A DNA stretch of 64,000 nt from contig OZ244960.1 in the NCBI GenBank assembly GCA_965222605.1, forward strand, positions 3,200,001 through 3,264,000, in the 5' to 3' direction. The notes beneath the pieces were generated by a model, which was not told the DNA's origin, did not search any database, and saw only the letters and a list, made by a program, of their open reading frames with translations. The translations under genes were made by a program, and so were the position numbers. Below, piece by piece: positions 59,631-64,000 of the stretch. Origin of the DNA: Candidatus Latescibacterota bacterium (GTDB lineage: Bacteria; Latescibacterota; UBA2968). Positions within the stretch are counted from its first letter, which is position 1; the number at the start of each line of letters is the position of its first letter.

Positions 59631-61063
59631 GAGGTTGTGCCTATATTAGTTGAAATAGTAGAGGCTCCGATGTAAATTGGATACAGCAAATTCAATCCCG
59701 AAAACGCTGTGTCCACAACCAAAGGAGCCCGTGATGAAAAAAGTATCGCACAACGCCCCGAAAGTCAAGACAATCCACCAGGCAGAGGCAACGCCTGAGA
59801 CACGCAGAGAAGAAGAACTGGGCGCACTGGATACCCGTATCGCATTGATCCAGGCCCTGATTCCCTTAGGATTAGACGCCGTGGCAGAAGAATTGCAGAA
59901 TGAAGTGAGTCGCTTGGCCGGGCACAAATATAGTCGCAAGGACAGTGCTAATCCCAATCGTCGGTGGGGCAGTCAACAAGGGTCTGTGTATCTGTCTGAT
60001 CAGAAAGTGCCCCTATCCGTGCCGAGGGTGCGTAATGTCCTTACGGATGAGGAAGTCTCTCTTTTGACCTATCATCATCTTCAGCGTCCCCAAAAGATGG
60101 ATGATGGGTTGCTGCTTCGCATGATCAAAGGGATTGCCACACGCTCATATAAAGACTGTGCCGAAGCGGTCCCAGAAGCCTTTGGACTCTCCTCTTCCAC
60201 GGTATCGAGACGTTTTATCAAGGCGTCGGCAGAAAAATTGAGACAGTTTCATGAACGCTCTTTAGCTGATTATGACCTGGTGGCCTTATTTATAGATGGG
60301 AAGACCTTTGCAGATGAGCAGATGATTATTGCTCTTGGTGTGACCATAGAGGGACACAAAATCCCATTGGGCTTTATTTAGGCTGCCAGCGAGAACGAGC
60401 GCGTCTGTCGTCAGTTTATCCAGTCGCTCATAAAACGTCACTTGTCCTATCACAAGGGCTTACTCTGCTTGATTGATGGCTCGAAAGGCTTGTATGGGGC
60501 CGTCAAAAAAGCATTGGATGGTTATGTGGCTATCCAACGCTGCCAATGGCACAAGAGGGAAAATGTGGTTGCCTATCTGCCTAAAGGCGCACAAGAAGAC
60601 GTGAAAAAAGCCCTGCAACAGGCTTACGATCTGCCCACCTACAAAGAAGCCAAAGCGGCCCTTCAGGCTCTGAAGCCCTCACTCTGTTTGATGAATGAAT
60701 CAGCACTAAACAGCCTTGAAGAAGGAATAGATGAAACTCTGACCCTCCATCGCTTGGGACTCATGCCGCACTTGAAACAGTCCTTTCGCACCACCAATTG
60801 CATTGAGTCCCTCAACTCAATGGTGGCACAACTGACCAGAAATGTGAAGCGATGGACAAACTCTAATCAACGCTCGCGCTGGTTAGCCACCGCACTGTTG
60901 GATATTGAACCCCGCCTGCGAAGGATCAAAGGCTTCCGTTGCCTTCCCAGGCTCAGGCTCGCGCTTCAAAAGGACTTGAAGATAGATACGGACTGGCAAG
61001 ACGCGCTTGCTGCTGATTGAAACCACCGGCCTCGATTATTTCAACTAAAAATAGCACTTGACC
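59631..61063 (+). mobile_element. IS256-family element
   Basis: Imperfect IRs sharing GTGC..TTAGTTGAAATA; 8-bp TSD GATATAGG at 61064-71, with the left copy split by IS1380. Confidence 0.85.
59734..61020 (+). pseudogene. IS256 transposase with in-frame TAG
   Basis: ALFIDG, LIDGSKGL, QRCQWHK and RTTNCIESLN motifs; the stop at 60379-81 is in frame with the downstream part. Confidence 0.88.
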
Positions 61064-61073
61064 GATATAGGGG

Positions 61074-61245
61074 TCAGAGATTTTGTTTCAAATCTGTCAT
61101 GTCCAGATAGCGTCTGCCTGTGATCCACTCTTCAGACCATTCCATACACAACGCGCCGATCAGACGTTCACAAGCCTCTTCATTGGGGAAGATCTGCACC
61201 ACATCAGCCCGTCTTTTGATCTCTCGGTTGAGTCGTTCTAAAATT
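61074..61245 (-). pseudogene. C-terminal fragment of a second IS256-family transposase
   Basis: LERLNREIKRRADVVQIFPNEEACERL...GRRYLDM. Confidence 0.8.
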
Positions 61246-61253
61246 GGCATAAT

Positions 61254-62675
61254 GTGTTCTACGCCCATATCACCTGCAAGATAGATGAAGATGTCTTTTC
61301 GGTCTTGTTTGATCGTGAGCAAGGCCGTCCCAATGCGTCTGTGCGCCGCTTGGTGTCGATGATGATCTTGAAAGAGGGCTTTGGGTGGAGCGATGCGCAA
61401 CTTTTTGAGCATTGTGGGTTCAACATTCTGGTGATGCGTGCTTTAGGGTTGATGAATCTGTCGGATGAGGTGCCTGTGGCTTCGACGTATTATCTGTTCA
61501 AGCAGTCCGTGTATGCCTATGGCCTGCAAACGGGTCGCAATCTGATTGGGGAGACTTTTTTTAGTTTAACCAAGACACAGGCGAGAGTCTTTGGCGTGAC
61601 GGGTGATCAGGTGCGAATGGACAGCAAGTTAATCGGTGCCAATATTGCCACCTGTTGTCGCTTGCAGTTGGTCGTTGGGTGCTTACAAGCGTTCTGGGGC
61701 TCGTTAGACAAGGGCGCAAAGGAACGATTATGCGCAGCAGACCGCGAGGTTTTGGACGCCTTGCTCAAGGTGAAGCCGCATCAGGTTGGGTATCCACTCA
61801 GCAGTGCAGAAAAAGGGGAGAAGCTCGAAGCCCTCGGTTTGTTAGTGTGCAGACTGTTGGCGGCCTATCAGGAGCAAGACAGCGATGAATATGGTCTGAT
61901 CGTGCGTGTTTTTTCTGACCAATACACCGTCCGTGTCTCCGCCAGTGAAAAATCAGTGCTTCCCAAGCCATCACAATCTATTTCTTCTTCCTCCTTACAG
62001 TCTGTCCATGATCCAGATGCGACCTTTCGCAGAAAAGGGGTGCAGAAGGTCAAGGGATATAGTGTCAATCTCACTGAGACCTGTGATGGGGAGGGCCTCA
62101 ATTTGATCACGGATGTAGAAGTCAAACCTGCAACGGCTGCCGATAACGCTTTTGTCCAACCGGCCATAGAACGGACACAGGAGGTGGTCGGACAGGTCTC
62201 GGACGTGTCGATGGATGGGGCTTACCATGCGGCTTGCAACAGTGCGTATGCCGACAAAGAGGACAAGCAATTCTATTACAGTGGGCTACAAGGCAGACCG
62301 GGACGTTTGATATATGAACGCACAGAAGAAGGGGTTGAAGTCATTGATCGAGAAAGTGGAGAAATTCAGCTTGCACAAGAATATAAACCGGGCAAATACA
62401 AACTCTTCATCGCAGGGAAGCCGCGATATATTACCCAACAAGACATCCTTGCCTATCACCGGCGAAAACAGATTGAAGACATGCCTGTGCACATCCGCAA
62501 TCGACGCCATAATGTTGAGGCCAGCATCTTCCAATTGAGCTATCACACAACAGGGGGTAAAACGCGTTATCGTCGGCTTTTGCCCCATCAAGTCTGGGCA
62601 TGGTGTCGCAGTTTATGGATCAATCTGGTAAGGATCAAGAATTATCTCGCCCAGCCAAATGAAGACCCCCAATAG
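61254..62675 (+). CDS. DDE transposase (IS1182/ISNCY-like), probably 5'-truncated
   Basis: GRPNAS, RMDSKLI, SLQSVHDPDATFRRK, DGAY and RHNVEASI motifs; candidate right end CTTTTCGGAGGGGACTC near 62851-62867. Confidence 0.75.
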   Translation: MFYAHITCKIDEDVFSVLFDREQGRPNASVRRLVSMMILKEGFGWSDAQLFEHCGFNILVMRALGLMNLSDEVPVASTYYLFKQSVYAYGLQTGRNLIGETFFSLTKTQARVFGVTGDQVRMDSKLIGANIATCCRLQLVVGCLQAFWGSLDKGAKERLCAADREVLDALLKVKPHQVGYPLSSAEKGEKLEALGLLVCRLLAAYQEQDSDEYGLIVRVFSDQYTVRVSASEKSVLPKPSQSISSSSLQSVHDPDATFRRKGVQKVKGYSVNLTETCDGEGLNLITDVEVKPATAADNAFVQPAIERTQEVVGQVSDVSMDGAYHAACNSAYADKEDKQFYYSGLQGRPGRLIYERTEEGVEVIDRESGEIQLAQEYKPGKYKLFIAGKPRYITQQDILAYHRRKQIEDMPVHIRNRRHNVEASIFQLSYHTTGGKTRYRRLLPHQVWAWCRSLWINLVRIKNYLAQPNEDPQ

Positions 62676-62818
62676 GTGCACCCTGTTGACCCAAACATGC
62701 ACTTTGTAACCTCGTCAGCACGCCTGCAAAGCACGGGCACTCTATACACGACCCCAATACCATACGTTACCACCAAAGGCGACACAGACAGACCCAACGC
62801 TCACAAAAAACCTATAAT

Positions 62819-62849
62819 CTCTATTACACTCTATTACACTCTATTACAC
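62819..62849. repeat. 10-bp tandem repeat x3
   Basis: (CTCTATTACA)3. Confidence 0.85.
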
Positions 62850-63361
62850 CCTTTTCGGAGGGGACTCAGTCTTGATAGCGCAACATTTTTATAACAGGCA
62901 CTTTGATCTGGATATTGTTCTTTAATCATTTTCCAAAATTTCCTTCTTTGTCTTTCCTTGCTTTTAAGCTGGAGTAATGGCTGCAACCGATAGACAGAGA
63001 GAAAATCCAATCTTGGGTCTGAGTCATCTATTTTCAAGATGAAATCTTTAATTTTCTCATCCAGTTTTAGCAACTGTAAAATCAAGCGGGTTTTGGTTCT
63101 CGAAATTCTCACCCTTTTTGCAAGTGCTGTCTGAGATTGAACATAGCCCTTTTCAAGAAGCTCGTGATAATATAGGGCTTTTTTGAGATAATTGGGATGG
63201 TGCAGTTTTTGGATAACGAATTGTTTTTTCTTTTCATGTCCGATAGCGATAATGGGCTTATTGTTTTTGCGGAAGTGATGTATGGGGAAGTGGTCCCATA
63301 CGGTAAAAAGTTCAGTGAGTGGAACGGTTGGGCTACTAAAATAATAAACAAAGCCCGTCAA
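62834..63361 (-). CDS. ParB/KorB-like HTH protein at the island end (ends uncertain)
   Basis: SQTALAKRVRISRTKTRLILQLLKL HTH; the C-terminus runs into the IS end. Confidence 0.55.
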   Translation of the reverse strand: MTGFVYYFSSPTVPLTELFTVWDHFPIHHFRKNNKPIIAIGHEKKKQFVIQKLHHPNYLKKALYYHELLEKGYVQSQTALAKRVRISRTKTRLILQLLKLDEKIKDFILKIDDSDPRLDFLSVYRLQPLLQLKSKERQRRKFWKMIKEQYPDQSACYKNVALSRLSPLRKGCNRV

Positions 63362-63522
63362 TCAGTGGTGATCGACGGGCTTTTGTTTGTGGAGTTGTTT
63401 TAGTGAATAGCGTAGAAGGTTCAACCCGATCATCCTGTGCCATTAGTTTTTCATAGGTGATGGGTGATTTATGATATGATCCACCAAAACGGGGGAACTC
63501 CACCCTTAAATTTTCTCTTTTG

Positions 63523-63546
63523 ATATATGTCATATTTGACATATAT
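63523..63546. promoter_or_regulatory. Palindromic operator upstream of a toxin-antitoxin operon
   Basis: ATATATGTCA-TATT-TGACATATAT. Confidence 0.65.
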
Positions 63547-63553
63547 TTCTTTT

Positions 63554-63889
63554 ATGAGTTCTTCTGACAAACCGCTGGTATGGCTTCACGGACAAATCAA
63601 AACGCCTCCATTTTCTCCATCTTCGAGAATTGAAGCGGGTTTTCTTCTGCGAAGTCTTCAAGCCGGTGAACTGCTTTCAATGCCTCAAGCCAGACCAATC
63701 CCCACTATAGGAATGCATTGTTACGAATTGAGAATTCGAGATCAGAATGAGACCTGGCGAATCATCTATCGCATTGATTCGGATGCCATCATCATAGCAG
63801 AAGTTTTCAAAAAAAGGACTCGTCAGACGCCGAAAAGAATTATTGATATTTGTAAAAGACGGCTACAACACTACGATTCGATAGGATGA
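63554..63889 (+). CDS. RelE/ParE (HigB, Gp49-like) toxin
   Basis: KTPPFS..RIEAG, YELRIRD..TWRIIYR and FKKRTRQTP motifs. Confidence 0.85.
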   Translation: MSSSDKPLVWLHGQIKTPPFSPSSRIEAGFLLRSLQAGELLSMPQARPIPTIGMHCYELRIRDQNETWRIIYRIDSDAIIIAEVFKKRTRQTPKRIIDICKRRLQHYDSIG

Positions 63890-63892
63890 TTC

Positions 63893-64000
63893 ATGAATAA
63901 AAAAAAGAAAAAACTTCTCGAGGCTGCCGGGTGGCGTGTGGGTTCAACAGACGATTTTCTGGGTCTGACCGACGAAGAAGCCGCCTATATTGACCTCAAA
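63893..64000 (+). CDS. HTH antitoxin, N-terminus (runs off window)
   Basis: MNKKKKKLLEAAGWRVGSTDDFLGL directly after the toxin. Confidence 0.75.
   Translation, partial: MNKKKKKLLEAAGWRVGSTDDFLGLTDEEAAYIDLK

Larger units (their letters stand above)
55612..63390. mobile_element. Degenerate genomic island at the tRNA-Met 3' end
   Basis: GCTACTAA...AAAGCCCGTCAATC(G/A)GTGGTGATCGACGGGCTTTTGTTTGT occurs at 55612-55670 and again at 63332-63390; IS-rich interior; no intact integrase. Confidence 0.7.

Noticed and set aside
59153-60381. Genome-wide TAG recoding
   Set aside because: Ordinary genes end at TAG at their expected C-termini (for example 9331, 22760, 28162, 35131).

Overview
Bacterial chromosomal window. 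The repeated 'DFDGDGVVGISDFLLFV' module, internalin-like LRRs and sulfatases suggest a marine or host-associated Latescibacterota/Gemmatimonadota-like organism, but this is inference only. The backbone holds housekeeping and catabolic genes (pepA, degP, dsbD-like, nfeD-floA operon, two sulfatases, a GH106-like hydrolase, a rhamnonate dehydratase-like enzyme, BKACE, ALDH) and two tRNAs (Leu-CAA, Met-CAT). Accessory DNA includes: two IS1380-family elements, an IS5, an IS256 and further IS remnants, several with readable inverted repeats and target-site duplications; a cluster of orphan antitoxins whose toxins appear deleted (16.6-18.5 kb); an AT-rich operon joining a type II restriction-modification pair to TcmP and DUF5131 (47.3-50.6 kb); an island at the tRNA-Met 3' end carrying a secreted CxxCH/FN3 protein; and a family of nested modular palindromic repeats. 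Notable fusions are FolC-ATP-grasp and LRR-Ig-PL6 lyase. No CRISPR array or rRNA was seen. All family assignments are by eye from motifs.
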